Below are positions 37,947 through 48,901 of a stretch of 64,000 nt of DNA, piece after piece; the stretch's first letter is position 1; each line of letters opens with the position of its first letter. Location: the IMG/VR virus record IMGVR_UViG_3300021185_003430. One strand, given 5' to 3'. The translations under genes and the position numbers were made by a program. Source of the stretch: an uncultured virus (IMG/VR IMGVR_UViG_3300021185_003430) (lineage: Duplodnaviria > Heunggongvirae > Uroviricota > Caudoviricetes). The notes under the pieces were generated by a model, which saw nothing but the letters and a program-made list of their open reading frames with translations, searched no databases and was not told the origin of the DNA.

Positions 37947-39397
37947 TACAAGGCCAACAAAACTGGAGTTACTCCCATACAGAACATGCATGGCCTATTG
38001 TGCATGCTTTTATAGACAGAGATCCACATTTAAACACACATGCAGTTCTTAAACAAAAATTACAAACAATTCAAAATGTAGAATGTAATAATCATCTACG
38101 AGGAGGTATTGTAAACTTATATAATATGTTTGACACAAGTTGGATGATATCAATGCACAGTGCTGATTATAGATATGCAGTGGTTTGGTTTGATGGTGCA
38201 TGGCCAGCTACTGAAGATTTTAATTTATTATTAGCAGATGAAATAGATAGCTATAATGAACAAGACCCTGAATGGATGGTAGCAGGACAAATACAAGTAG
38301 ATAGAAAAGGAATATATCCTTACTTTAATCGTAGTTTTGTTATTGTAAACTTAGCCAAATGGGTAGAACATCAGGTAGGTCCATTATGGGAACCAGCAAG
38401 ACATCCAAACTTTATGCCTGACGAAAGTGGCAGAACATGGGAGGATAGTGCATACTATCTTGCACCTGCGGATGGTAAATGGAAAAAAGAAGAAGAATAC
38501 CAATATATCAATCAAGACGTATGGGCAACTAGTTGGATACAATATAGCCTGTTGCGTAATCTAAAAGTATGGGGTATTAGTGATGCATTAATGGACACTG
38601 TTACTTTAATTAAGCCTTGGCTAGGTGCAGATGAACTTGAGAGAGGACTTAGTGGAGAGTTTCATGACCCTAACGAGGTAAGTTTTCAAGGTAAAAAGCT
38701 CTTGGATAGTATGAATATACCAAGTAGCCCAATATATTTTTGTAACACAGAGCCAAGTGCGCCCACAACTAGTAGGTTATTGGAAAATACTGTGTTTGAT
38801 CAGTACGTAGGACCAACCGCAGGCTTCAAACTATTGTATTATGCTTACAAGTATGGAGTCAATCCAGGATTTACTCGCTTTGTCTGGTTCGATTTTGATA
38901 AAGACAGTGTGCAATTTAAAAGAGATACACTAAAAATGTGGGATGGTGAGGATTATCCTGCATGGGTAGAGCAATGGTGTGAAAATAATCCTGATGTTAA
39001 CAAAGATTTACTTGATTTAACTAAAGAGCGTTGGCCAAGTATAGTTGATCAATTTGGAGGGCAACAAAGTTGGCAGAATTTCTGGACACAAGTTAGTTTT
39101 TGTGATCATACTGTTGTACAGGCTGATTTAATACAGGATCAAGAACAACTTTTTGCTAAATTGCAAAATTTAAGGACATTTTTTTGGGGAAGTAACATTT
39201 ATAGTTACATAATTCCAAAAATATTATCAAAACCCTTTGTATTGGAACGTAGCTTTATGAATTTAATAGAACGAATACAAAAAACAAATAATGACAGCTG
39301 GTACAGTGGTACAGATGTAAATGATGCAGATTTAATGTGTCCAGCTCGTGTAATAGGAAGTGCCACCAATAATTTAATAGCAGGATTAGAAGAATGA
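37943..39397 (+). CDS. Hypothetical two-domain enzyme-like protein, paralog of the next gene
   Basis: Shares WFDG.W, W..AG.I, I.NL, Y..NTE, VWFDF, WDG, SNI.SY with 39394..40824. Confidence 0.75.
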   Translation: MIQGQQNWSYSHTEHAWPIVHAFIDRDPHLNTHAVLKQKLQTIQNVECNNHLRGGIVNLYNMFDTSWMISMHSADYRYAVVWFDGAWPATEDFNLLLADEIDSYNEQDPEWMVAGQIQVDRKGIYPYFNRSFVIVNLAKWVEHQVGPLWEPARHPNFMPDESGRTWEDSAYYLAPADGKWKKEEEYQYINQDVWATSWIQYSLLRNLKVWGISDALMDTVTLIKPWLGADELERGLSGEFHDPNEVSFQGKKLLDSMNIPSSPIYFCNTEPSAPTTSRLLENTVFDQYVGPTAGFKLLYYAYKYGVNPGFTRFVWFDFDKDSVQFKRDTLKMWDGEDYPAWVEQWCENNPDVNKDLLDLTKERWPSIVDQFGGQQSWQNFWTQVSFCDHTVVQADLIQDQEQLFAKLQNLRTFFWGSNIYSYIIPKILSKPFVLERSFMNLIERIQKTNNDSWYSGTDVNDADLMCPARVIGSATNNLIAGLEE

Positions 39398-40824
39398 ACT
39401 TATATATGAAGATTGGTGAGTATACAAATATAGCTCATTGTACTTTTGAAGATATTTTAATTGAAGAATTGAAAAATGAGCATGAGCTTGTAAGCAAACT
39501 TAAAAAGATTGCACAAATTAATTTTATTAATAATAGTAGAGAGTGTTTTGTCAAATCGAACGGATGGGATATTGACAAAGGCAAGTTATTTAAGCATCTA
39601 CATGCAATGAATTTTAAAGCTGCTGTAATATGGTTTGATGGTTCATGGGCCAGCCAAAATGAATTTGATACAGAGCTTTTAAAATGTATGGAAGAATGGG
39701 GAGACAATTGGCTTTGTGCAGGACATATTATAGACAGACTTGAAAGTGCAAAAGCACCTAAATGGCATAAGCAATGTATTGTGATCAATCTTAAAAGATT
39801 AATTGAACTTGAATTAACTGAACTTTCTTGGAACCAAGATCACTTTCCAGGTTTTATTCCTAGTGAAGAATGTATACATGATAATTATACTCCTTTATAT
39901 TTACAGCCAGTAGAAAAAACTTATGATACTTTGGATTTTTATGGAGACGAATTTGATGCACTTATTCCTATCGCACTAAACAATAACTTATATGTACACA
40001 ATCTTCCATATGCAGTACGTAACAACAAATATTGCTGTTATCCAGAAGATGATATCGAACATACTAAAAAATGGTTACTTGATCCTGATTGGGGGAAAAG
40101 ACCTGACGCAAGAGAATTTTATTTTTCAGAAATACATGAAGATAAAAGAGAGCTATATGGATTTAAAATGATGGGTAGCGATATAATGTATATTACTAAT
40201 ACTGAAAACGTACCTGACGAAAGAGAAATGAATATACCCATAGAAGTTATGGCTGTGCCTTGCAGTGGATTAAGTCAATTTAAACATATGACAAATGCAA
40301 TAGATACACTTGAAAAAGTTGTATGGTTTGATTTTAATGAGTACTCTAACAAGTGGATGCGATATGTCTTAAATCATTGGGATGGTAAAAACTTTAGAGA
40401 CTTTGTAAGTAAAAATAGACATAAAATTGTAGAGTGGGGTTTTCATAATGATGAATGTATTATATATGAAGAAGAAAGTGTACAAGAATTTGAGGATAGT
40501 TGGGATAATGAAGAACAATGGTTAGAATATTGGGATAAAATTAAAAAATTAGAACATGTAATACTTAATATTGATATCGTTAGAGATAATAAAGGGCTAA
40601 TAAATAGTATAGGTACAGATAAAAATGTATTTTTACAAACAAGTAACATTTGGAGTTATGAGATTAATTATATGAACACAAAAGGGTTCACTGCTCAGAC
40701 ATCATTTTTAAACTTGATTAACGATTTAATGGTAACTAATAAAAATCTTTACTTTACTGGAGATACTCCAACAGGTTTTTATCACAGTTATGTAAATATA
40801 AAACAAATGTCAGGAATATTATAA
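39394..40824 (+). CDS. Hypothetical two-domain enzyme-like protein, paralog of the previous gene
   Basis: Same motif series in the same order. Confidence 0.75.
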   Translation: MNLYMKIGEYTNIAHCTFEDILIEELKNEHELVSKLKKIAQINFINNSRECFVKSNGWDIDKGKLFKHLHAMNFKAAVIWFDGSWASQNEFDTELLKCMEEWGDNWLCAGHIIDRLESAKAPKWHKQCIVINLKRLIELELTELSWNQDHFPGFIPSEECIHDNYTPLYLQPVEKTYDTLDFYGDEFDALIPIALNNNLYVHNLPYAVRNNKYCCYPEDDIEHTKKWLLDPDWGKRPDAREFYFSEIHEDKRELYGFKMMGSDIMYITNTENVPDEREMNIPIEVMAVPCSGLSQFKHMTNAIDTLEKVVWFDFNEYSNKWMRYVLNHWDGKNFRDFVSKNRHKIVEWGFHNDECIIYEEESVQEFEDSWDNEEQWLEYWDKIKKLEHVILNIDIVRDNKGLINSIGTDKNVFLQTSNIWSYEINYMNTKGFTAQTSFLNLINDLMVTNKNLYFTGDTPTGFYHSYVNIKQMSGIL

Positions 40825-41579
40825 TGTGGTATGAAGGTCATGTACAAGAATTTCAAGAGATAAGTGAAGAAACTAGAAACTTTTTTCTAGCAAATAGAGA
40901 TATCAAGCCAGTGTATACAGGTGTTGATGATGATAGCATATGGGAAGAAGCACAAGACGACTTAGACCATATTTTAGATAATACCAAAATGCCTTGGATA
41001 AGTTTAGGCTTAGATGATATGCCACATAAAGAAATTTATGAGGAAGCAAATCATCTTTTGTACAGTGCATGTTATACTTTACATAGACCAAACAGCAGTG
41101 GTTGGTTAAGCCTGTGTGTGCATGGTATGAGTAGTGTGCATACTAATTGTCCAGAAGACTATGGGCTACCTGACGAAGCTGAAATGAATATGAGTGATTG
41201 GACTGACATATCAAAGTTTACACCACGTACTAAAGAATGGATGATGGATAGTGGACTTTATAGAAGATATACTCGTGCAAGATTTATGGCAGTACTACCA
41301 GGCGGTTGGCTAGGAGTACATACTGATAGAGACAGAATTACAGGCGTAGGTGCTACTAATGTTGCTGTCAATAATCCTGACGGTTGCCAACTTGTAATGG
41401 GCGGTTGGGGAGAATGTCCTTTTGAACCAGGCAGTGCTTTTAAAATGAATACAGGATATGAACATGCTGTTTGGAACAACAGTGATGAGCCTCGCATACA
41501 TATGATTTTTGATGGAGATCAAAGCGATTTACTGAAAGAAAAAGTAAGAGATAATTATGCAATTATGACAGGAAAGTAA
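40824..41579 (+). CDS. Aspartyl/asparaginyl beta-hydroxylase-like Fe(II)/2OG oxygenase
   Basis: PGGWLGVHTD and EHAVWNNSDEPRIHMI. Confidence 0.75.
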   Translation: MWYEGHVQEFQEISEETRNFFLANRDIKPVYTGVDDDSIWEEAQDDLDHILDNTKMPWISLGLDDMPHKEIYEEANHLLYSACYTLHRPNSSGWLSLCVHGMSSVHTNCPEDYGLPDEAEMNMSDWTDISKFTPRTKEWMMDSGLYRRYTRARFMAVLPGGWLGVHTDRDRITGVGATNVAVNNPDGCQLVMGGWGECPFEPGSAFKMNTGYEHAVWNNSDEPRIHMIFDGDQSDLLKEKVRDNYAIMTGK

Positions 41580-41580
41580 T

Positions 41581-42567
41581 GTGCCGTATTGTGTCATGTT
41601 TGATCATAGCTGTGTAATTAATCCTGGTGGAGCAGTTCGCCCTTGTTGTCATTACGAGCAAGAAGAAACATGGAAGTATTACGAAGATGGATGGTATGAA
41701 AAACATCAAGAACTTGGTAAACTTATGGCAAGCACAGATACATATATTGACGAGTGTAGAGAATGTCAATCACGAATAGATAGAGGACAACAACCATTTA
41801 ATGAGTTGTACAATAGTAAATTTAGTAATAGCCAAGGCATAGTACATTGGGATCTTAAATTAAATAATACATGTAACTTAACTTGTAAAATGTGTGACAG
41901 TTGGAATAGTAGTTCTTGGGAAGGACTATTAAATAAAAATCCTCAAATTAGTAGTAGCCTTAGAGAAATCTATCAGCAAAATATATCACAAAGATGGCAC
42001 AAAGATATTAGTAGTATTTTTCCTTATCTAATTTTTGCAAAACAATTAAAGTTCACAGGTGGTGAACCATTTATGATACCACAAGTATGGAAAATTATTG
42101 ACTATGTAATTCAAGAAGATATAAGTCCTGCACTAACACTAAGTTTTACAACAAACGGTACATTTGATATGCTAGATAAATGGGACTTGTATAAACATTT
42201 TAAACATGTTACATTTAATATAAGTGTTGATGCAGTGGGAGAAAGATACGAATATATTAGACAAGGATCTAGCTGGAGTAATGTTGAAAAAAATATTAAA
42301 GCAATAGCCAAAAAGTCCAAAGGCACAAACGTAACTTTAAACTTGGATACAGTACGTATGTGTTTAAACAAAGATAATTTAAAAGAAATAACTGATTTTG
42401 CAAATAGTATAGGTATAGAACACAAAGTAGATGTTGACTGTGTGGATCCAGATATTTACAGTCCTGATGCACTGGAAAACCAAACTTTAAAAACTAAATT
42501 AATTAGTACACTCAAAGAGCTAGACAAAATTCATGGTACAGATTATAGGAAATTTATAAATGCCTAA
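41581..42567 (+). CDS. N-terminal twitch-domain radical SAM protein
   Basis: RPCC..CREC; CNLTCKMC; GGEP. Confidence 0.9.
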   Translation: MPYCVMFDHSCVINPGGAVRPCCHYEQEETWKYYEDGWYEKHQELGKLMASTDTYIDECRECQSRIDRGQQPFNELYNSKFSNSQGIVHWDLKLNNTCNLTCKMCDSWNSSSWEGLLNKNPQISSSLREIYQQNISQRWHKDISSIFPYLIFAKQLKFTGGEPFMIPQVWKIIDYVIQEDISPALTLSFTTNGTFDMLDKWDLYKHFKHVTFNISVDAVGERYEYIRQGSSWSNVEKNIKAIAKKSKGTNVTLNLDTVRMCLNKDNLKEITDFANSIGIEHKVDVDCVDPDIYSPDALENQTLKTKLISTLKELDKIHGTDYRKFINA

Positions 42568-43615
42568 GTGTGCCTACATAGATAATGGGATTACAATTGG
42601 CCCAGGCGGAGGAGTAAGACCTTGCTGTCATATTGATCGTACTGATATTAGTAATAAAGACTATGCTGACTTTGATTGGAATAATAGTTTTCCTGAATTA
42701 AAAACAATAATGGAAGATGGATGGGCTGATGAGTGTAGATATTGTAAAATAGAGGAAACTAAAAAAGGGGAAAGTCCTAGGACAAGGTTTGATCACTTTG
42801 GTATAGATGGTAATCAAAAGACAATATTTGATCTTAAAATTACAAACACATGCAATTTAAGTTGTAGAATGTGTACTCCAACTCAAAGTAGTACATGGGA
42901 CAAAGTAGTAAAGGCTAACAAGAGTGCAAATCTTAAAAAACATTATAGTGCTATCAGACCAATAGAAGGGTCAGGAGGCTGGCATAATAAATTTTTAAGT
43001 GAAGTTAAAAATAATCTTGACAAAGTTAAGTATTTAAAGTTTACTGGAGGAGAGCCTTTTTTAGTAAAGCATACAAAAGATGTATGTAGGTACACAGTAG
43101 AATCAGGAGCAAGTTCTTCAACTGAATTAAAATTTATAACAAACGGGCAAGTTACTTTAGATGACGAATGGTTTGAAATTTTTAGCAAATACAAAGATGT
43201 CCAAATTGATGTAAGTGTTGATGGTATTGGAAGCAGATATGAATATATACGACCAGGCAGTAAATGGAGCAGTATTGAGGACTTTATAAATAATATTAAG
43301 AAGAGAGATTTAGACATAGACCTGTGTATAACATATTTGCCACAAACTCTAAATGCGGCTGTATTTTATGAAACAGAAAAATGGGCAGCCAATCATGGAC
43401 TTGAAATACATAACTATGCATATTGGCAACTAAAAGAACCTGAGTTCATGAACTACAGTAGTTTAAATCCTAGTGTAAGAAAAAAGTTAAATATAACAAC
43501 TGACGTTGTATATAAAGAAAAGAACTTTAAAAAATTAGTTGACTATATGTCAGCATTAGATAAAATATATGGAACAGATATGAAGCAAGAATGCCCGGAG
43601 TTATTTGATGAGTAA
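42560..43615 (+). CDS. N-terminal twitch-domain radical SAM protein
   Basis: RPCC..CRYC; CNLSCRMC; GGEP. Confidence 0.9.
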   Translation: MPKCAYIDNGITIGPGGGVRPCCHIDRTDISNKDYADFDWNNSFPELKTIMEDGWADECRYCKIEETKKGESPRTRFDHFGIDGNQKTIFDLKITNTCNLSCRMCTPTQSSTWDKVVKANKSANLKKHYSAIRPIEGSGGWHNKFLSEVKNNLDKVKYLKFTGGEPFLVKHTKDVCRYTVESGASSSTELKFITNGQVTLDDEWFEIFSKYKDVQIDVSVDGIGSRYEYIRPGSKWSSIEDFINNIKKRDLDIDLCITYLPQTLNAAVFYETEKWAANHGLEIHNYAYWQLKEPEFMNYSSLNPSVRKKLNITTDVVYKEKNFKKLVDYMSALDKIYGTDMKQECPELFDE

Positions 43616-44831
43616 AGATTTACCAAGTGATACCTTTTGTGTATTACCTTTTATGCATGTAGCAGTCAATCCAGGCGGGGGCTATAGAGTATGTTGTAAT
43701 AGCAATCCCAAGAATAATAAAATTATGAAGGATGATGATCCTAGTAAAAGTTATCGTATATATAAAGATAACATTGAAGATGTTTGGAACAGTAAACACT
43801 ACCAGGAGATTCGTAAACAATTTATTAATGGAGAGCGACCAGAAACATGCCAACGTTGCTTCCGTGAAGAAGATGCGGGCATAAGAAGTCCAAGAGCAGG
43901 TTATAATGAAAAATGGTTTAAAGAAGATGTAGTAATTAAAGAAGAAATACCTGTTGATGTAAGATATATTGATTTACGTTTAGGTAATTTATGTAACCTA
44001 AAATGTAGAATGTGTAACCCATGGAGTAGCAGTATGTGGGTTAAGGACTGGAATAGTGTAGTAGAGACTGCTGAACTAATGCCAAGTAGTCCGTTAACAA
44101 AGGAAGAATTTGACCACTTAGAAGTAATGCAGCAATGGCCTGATAGGAAACAAACTGCAACTACTTTTGTCGAGTTAGCGCATACTATAGAAGAAATTTA
44201 TTTAACTGGAGGTGAACCCACATTAGCAACTTCTCAGTATGCGCTATTCGACTATTGCATTGAAAATGACCTTGCAAACAATATACGACTAAAATATAAT
44301 ACTAACCTTACAAATGTTCCAGCAAAAATGCTAGAGTATTGGAAACATTTTAAGCGTGTGCAATTAAATTGCAGTATTGATGCAACTGGTTCTAGAGATA
44401 GGTATATTAGGTATCCTAGTAACTGGAGTAAAATCGAAGAAAATTTTGATAAACTAAATGGGTTACCAAATGTTAACATACAAATACATTGTACAGTACA
44501 GGCATTAAATATGGTAGCAATGACAGAACTATTTGAATGGTTAAAAGGAAAAGGTATAAAAAAAGAGCAAGTATATTTAAATATTTTAAACCATCCTGAG
44601 TGTATGAATATTAGAGTTCTACCAAAACAACTAAAAGAGTTAGCAGAAGAAAAATTACAACCTTGGTTGCATGTGCCAAAGGTAGAGGACACTATAAAAT
44701 ACATGTGGGCAGAAGATTGGCATGCACAAAGATGGCAAGAGTTTGTAGACTTTAACGTCAAAACTGATGATTTACAAAAAGGTCAGCTATTAGATGCATG
44801 TCCTGAATTTAAAGGGCATTTAACTGCCTGA
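43608..44831 (+). CDS. N-terminal twitch-domain radical SAM protein
   Basis: FCVLPF..RVCC..CQRC; CNLKCRMC; GGEP. Confidence 0.9.
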   Translation: MSKDLPSDTFCVLPFMHVAVNPGGGYRVCCNSNPKNNKIMKDDDPSKSYRIYKDNIEDVWNSKHYQEIRKQFINGERPETCQRCFREEDAGIRSPRAGYNEKWFKEDVVIKEEIPVDVRYIDLRLGNLCNLKCRMCNPWSSSMWVKDWNSVVETAELMPSSPLTKEEFDHLEVMQQWPDRKQTATTFVELAHTIEEIYLTGGEPTLATSQYALFDYCIENDLANNIRLKYNTNLTNVPAKMLEYWKHFKRVQLNCSIDATGSRDRYIRYPSNWSKIEENFDKLNGLPNVNIQIHCTVQALNMVAMTELFEWLKGKGIKKEQVYLNILNHPECMNIRVLPKQLKELAEEKLQPWLHVPKVEDTIKYMWAEDWHAQRWQEFVDFNVKTDDLQKGQLLDACPEFKGHLTA

Positions 44832-44930
44832 ATACACTATTTTGTGTAATAGGATAGCATAATAAAAAATAGCTACTAGATGTAGTCTTAGATTTTAGAT
44901 AGAAGGCTGTAACTAAAGCAGATCTTGTGC

Positions 44931-44958
44931 TTGACTTAGCAAAAATTTATGTTACTAT
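44931..44958 (+). promoter_or_regulatory. Sigma70-type promoter
   Basis: TTGACT-16bp-TACTAT with extended TG. Confidence 0.5.
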
Positions 44959-44981
44959 GGTAATAATTACAAGGATCTATA

Positions 44982-46148
44982 ATGAATAAAGACTTAAAAT
45001 GGAGTGAATACGATTTTACTAAAACACCTTATGAAGACATTGTACGTGTGGGTCAGCGTACCATGCTGTATCGTGATATGTTTTCAGTTAGTTGGTTACT
45101 TGGGAGATTCTGCAACTACAGATGCTCCTACTGTTGGCCTTATGCACGTTCCGACCGTAAGGACCACCGTCCTACCGAGCTCTGCTTGCGTACAGTGGAT
45201 GAAATCAAACGTCAAGCCAGAGAGCGAAATTTCAATTCTTTTCACTTCTCCTTGTCAGGAGGAGAACCTACTTTCCATCCTGGATACTTGGATATCATGG
45301 GACATCTTGCCGGAGATGTAGATAATACAAATTATACTAGTGTGCATATGACTACTAATATGAGCCGTCCTATGAAGTGGCAAGAAACATATGTAAAACA
45401 TGCAGCAAAGTTTCACAGAGCAAGCATTACAGCAAGTCTACACACAGAGCATGTAAATTCTCCTGAAAAAATGCAAGAGTTTGCAGACAAATTAATCTTT
45501 TGTCAACAGCATGATGTACAGGTTACAATTAATCAAGTTATGGTTCCAGAATGGTTTGAGAGAGATTGGGAGAACGCCTTGTTTTTCCATGAACAAGGAA
45601 TCAATGTTACGCTAAAACCACAAAGTGATCCTACTGCTAGTAGAGTTGTTGATGGGTATACAGATGATATGAAGCAAAGGTTATGGAACGGAATGCCACA
45701 ACGTGCTTATACAGAAGAAAAAGCAAAAGAAGCACAAATGGTAGAACGTCCAAAGCCTACATTCTTAATTGATAAAGATGACAATTATAGAAAACAGCAA
45801 GCTGATGTACCTTGGCATATGCAAATAGAATTTAGAGATAGTAAAGGTGATCCATTTTACATGGACCAAGCAGAGAGATTTAATGCGTTTAACTTCAATA
45901 AATTTAATGGATGGGAATGTAGCTCAGGATATCGTTCAATTATTATTCGAGAGCCTGACGGAAGTATCAAACGTAGTTATTCCTGTCATGACCAACCTTT
46001 AGGTAATATTGAAACAGGATTTAAGTTATTTGATGCTCCTATGCCATGCAGTACAAATAGTTGTGTAAGTAGTGCTGATAGTAAAATACCCAAAAGAGCA
46101 CCTGGAACCAAAATGCCTTTATTTCCTGGAGATAAAACTTACAAATGA
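44982..46148 (+). CDS. Radical SAM protein with C-terminal Cys cluster (distinct subfamily)
   Basis: CNYRCSYC; SGGEPT; WECSSG..RSYSC..PCSTNSC. Confidence 0.9.
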   Translation: MNKDLKWSEYDFTKTPYEDIVRVGQRTMLYRDMFSVSWLLGRFCNYRCSYCWPYARSDRKDHRPTELCLRTVDEIKRQARERNFNSFHFSLSGGEPTFHPGYLDIMGHLAGDVDNTNYTSVHMTTNMSRPMKWQETYVKHAAKFHRASITASLHTEHVNSPEKMQEFADKLIFCQQHDVQVTINQVMVPEWFERDWENALFFHEQGINVTLKPQSDPTASRVVDGYTDDMKQRLWNGMPQRAYTEEKAKEAQMVERPKPTFLIDKDDNYRKQQADVPWHMQIEFRDSKGDPFYMDQAERFNAFNFNKFNGWECSSGYRSIIIREPDGSIKRSYSCHDQPLGNIETGFKLFDAPMPCSTNSCVSSADSKIPKRAPGTKMPLFPGDKTYK

Positions 46149-46369
46149 ATAGACGGAATTGGGGTTTAACGGATATGCGACATAGTGAGCAACCAGAAAT
46201 TAATAAACATTTTGCATGGTTGCCATTTAAAAGCACCAGTGGAAAATTACTTTGGTTTACCTATTACTATCATGAAATAATATATACAAATGTAGAGCCA
46301 AAGCATCGTTGGCGTAATGAAAAGATTTATACAGAATGGGAATACTTTGTTAAAAAGTTAACAGACTAG
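46145..46369 (+). CDS. Hypothetical protein
   Basis: ATGA overlap; FAWLP...LW motif. Confidence 0.6.
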   Translation: MNRRNWGLTDMRHSEQPEINKHFAWLPFKSTSGKLLWFTYYYHEIIYTNVEPKHRWRNEKIYTEWEYFVKKLTD

Positions 46370-47577
46370 TACCAGTATGGTTTAAATTCTGGATATACAT
46401 CTAGTACATTTGTATTATGATATTTGTCTTGCGCCTTTGTATAGGCAACAAATTTATCCCAATACTGATCGTATCTATCCTCACTGTTCATATAGGTAAT
46501 TACATTATACCCATAACGATGTATACGTTCTAGTTTTTGTGGACTTATATTCTGGCTAGTTTTTAACTTAACATAATCATCAAAGTCTTGTGTAATTTTA
46601 GCTTTCATTTCTTTGGGTAATACTTTTACATTGAGTTCGTCTGGATATTGCACCAAACTAGTATGTACTGTGGTTCCCAATTGTAAAAAATATTCAAATA
46701 TTTTATCTAGTCTAGTAATATTGTAATTGTTCACTGTGCATGTCATAGTAATAAAAAGGTTGTCCAAATTTTCCATAACAGTTTTAAGGTTTTTTTCTAC
46801 AACATTAATATCACCTTTTGCTCTAACATAACTGTAGCAATGTCTATCTCCATCAACACTTACTCTTATATCCACTTTTTTAAAATTCTTCCATAAATCA
46901 ATAATACTTTTGCCTTTGTATTCTATTAAGGTCATATTAGTATTATAATCTAGTGTAAGGTTATGTGCATTAGGTAGTAAATTTTCCAAAAACTTGTAAT
47001 GTTTATTATGGTATAACGGTTCGCCGCCAGCTATCATTAAGTGTGTTATGCCTTTAAAAAGAGGTATTTCCCTTATAACATTGTCTGTAAGTCTCAAAGT
47101 ATCAAAACTACGGCTACCTATATTGTGCTTTGTTTCTTCTAATAACTCAGCATTTTTCTTAACCGCATTTTCCCATTGGCTGCTATACTCAGGACTACAA
47201 TGTCTACACATTAAATTACATGCATTGTCAAATCTTGTCTCAATACATTTTACGTGGATTGGATCAATTGTATAATCTTTTCTTGTTATAGCTCTTGCTT
47301 CGTCTTCTGTTATAGCCCACGCCATTTTTTTTGCAACTTCACGTGTACTTGTACTTCCACTATCCTCAAGATCCCAACAACTTTTACATCCCTTTGGGCG
47401 TTCGTTATTAAGAAATGCTTTACGTAATTCTCTTATTTTTTCATCGTTCCATATGCCATGTAATGACTGCTCGCCATATTCTCCTATAGCGCCAGGATAA
47501 CGCCAGCAAGCACTTACTTTACCTTTTTGTTTTAGGTTTAGGTGCGTAAATGGAAATGTGCAATAGGTATTACTCAT
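46366..47577 (-). CDS. N-terminal twitch-domain radical SAM protein
   Basis: YCTFPF..SACW..CKSC; CNLMCRHC; GGEP. Confidence 0.9.
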   Translation of the reverse strand: MSNTYCTFPFTHLNLKQKGKVSACWRYPGAIGEYGEQSLHGIWNDEKIRELRKAFLNNERPKGCKSCWDLEDSGSTSTREVAKKMAWAITEDEARAITRKDYTIDPIHVKCIETRFDNACNLMCRHCSPEYSSQWENAVKKNAELLEETKHNIGSRSFDTLRLTDNVIREIPLFKGITHLMIAGGEPLYHNKHYKFLENLLPNAHNLTLDYNTNMTLIEYKGKSIIDLWKNFKKVDIRVSVDGDRHCYSYVRAKGDINVVEKNLKTVMENLDNLFITMTCTVNNYNITRLDKIFEYFLQLGTTVHTSLVQYPDELNVKVLPKEMKAKITQDFDDYVKLKTSQNISPQKLERIHRYGYNVITYMNSEDRYDQYWDKFVAYTKAQDKYHNTNVLDVYPEFKPYWY

Positions 47578-47833
47578 CTTTTATACTACATTCTTTCTTA
47601 CATATTGTATCGCATTTATCATTATTCCAATGTTCATCATTAAAATGTGTAGTAAAGGCATTGTGTTTGAAAATTACCTCTATATCATGTTTTTCTAAAT
47701 TATTCCAGTCTGGATCAATTTTATTCAACTGTGACAAGTATTCCGAATCTTCCCATTGTTGTAAAACCCAACAACAAGGCCATAATCTATTGTTGAAATC
47801 TACTTGTACTGTTCTTGTTTTACAAAAAATCAT
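47570..47833 (-). CDS. Stand-alone SPASM/twitch domain
   Basis: C..QVDFNNRLWPCC..CKKEC. Confidence 0.75.
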   Translation of the reverse strand: MIFCKTRTVQVDFNNRLWPCCWVLQQWEDSEYLSQLNKIDPDWNNLEKHDIEVIFKHNAFTTHFNDEHWNNDKCDTICKKECSIKDE

Positions 47834-48507
47834 CTTTGTTGGACCTTTAACGTTTCTAATGATTGTAAAAAGTTACCATGCTTGTGTTGTTTTAGGACTA
47901 GTTTAAGTTCTTCTATTAAATTTCTATCTTTTATTTTATGTTCCCATTCCCTATTATTAATAATAGGTTGAAACTTTATATCATAGTTTTTTGCTATTTG
48001 TGAAGCCTCATAAAAGTCATCTATGTTATAATCAAAAATTATAAAATCCCACGATGCATTTCCTCCATTTGTTTTAAATGCAAGCATGTTATTCATTGCT
48101 TTATTATAATCAACATTTACTCTATATTTTTCGTTAGTTTGTTGGCTTGTACCATCTATACTAAAACAAATTTCTAGATTTTCATTTTTTGCATTATGCT
48201 CAAAAAACTTTGCAGTTCTTAATCCTCCATTAGTGTGTATTATAAGTTGTATATTATATCTTTCTGTACAATCAATATAATCTTGTATACGAGGATGCAT
48301 AAGTGGGTCTCCAAAGTCTCCACATAATGCTACTAGTTGTGTTTTATTGGTATATTTTTTTACAACATTTTCAAATGAATTAAAATCTGCATGTTGTAAA
48401 TTTAGGGTGCCATCATTATACATGTGTGTATGTATACAAAGTGGACATTTTGCGTTACAGTGGTTTGTTATAGCAAACTCTATTTTGCTATTTCTCCACT
48501 GTTTCAT
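47830..48507 (-). CDS. Radical SAM core lacking a SPASM domain
   Basis: CNAKCPLC; GDFGDP; TNGGLR; IDG; FDYN. Confidence 0.85.
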   Translation of the reverse strand: MKQWRNSKIEFAITNHCNAKCPLCIHTHMYNDGTLNLQHADFNSFENVVKKYTNKTQLVALCGDFGDPLMHPRIQDYIDCTERYNIQLIIHTNGGLRTAKFFEHNAKNENLEICFSIDGTSQQTNEKYRVNVDYNKAMNNMLAFKTNGGNASWDFIIFDYNIDDFYEASQIAKNYDIKFQPIINNREWEHKIKDRNLIEELKLVLKQHKHGNFLQSLETLKVQQR

Positions 48508-48901
48508 TTTTCATTTCCACATTAATTTTTGCTGCAGACTGTTCAACGCCAGTTACTTCATCTATAACTGCACTACATTCTAAAACACAAAGTTCTGGTG
48601 GATTGTCGCTTTCCCATCCTCTAGGCGCAATAAACTCATCATATATGGGATGCTCAATAATCTCTTCCAGTGAGTATTTTTTGAGATCGTTAAAGTCTGG
48701 TTCTGCAGCCCACATTTCCCAAAATCTTGGATCTTCTTTTTTTGAAAATTCTTTCATATCTGGAGTACCCAATACACTATTTGCATAGTAACAGCAAGGC
48801 CAAACTCTTCCTTGATTATCAACTTCCCATTCCCTTGTATCTTTATTAGGGCCTAGTTCATCTTTTCTCATCGCCATACAAATGATTTTACATTTCGACA
48901 T
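48488..48901 (-). CDS. Stand-alone SPASM/twitch domain
   Basis: C..EVDNQGRVWPCC..CVLEC; GAGG RBS. Confidence 0.75.
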   Translation of the reverse strand: MSKCKIICMAMRKDELGPNKDTREWEVDNQGRVWPCCYYANSVLGTPDMKEFSKKEDPRFWEMWAAEPDFNDLKKYSLEEIIEHPIYDEFIAPRGWESDNPPELCVLECSAVIDEVTGVEQSAAKINVEMKNETVEK

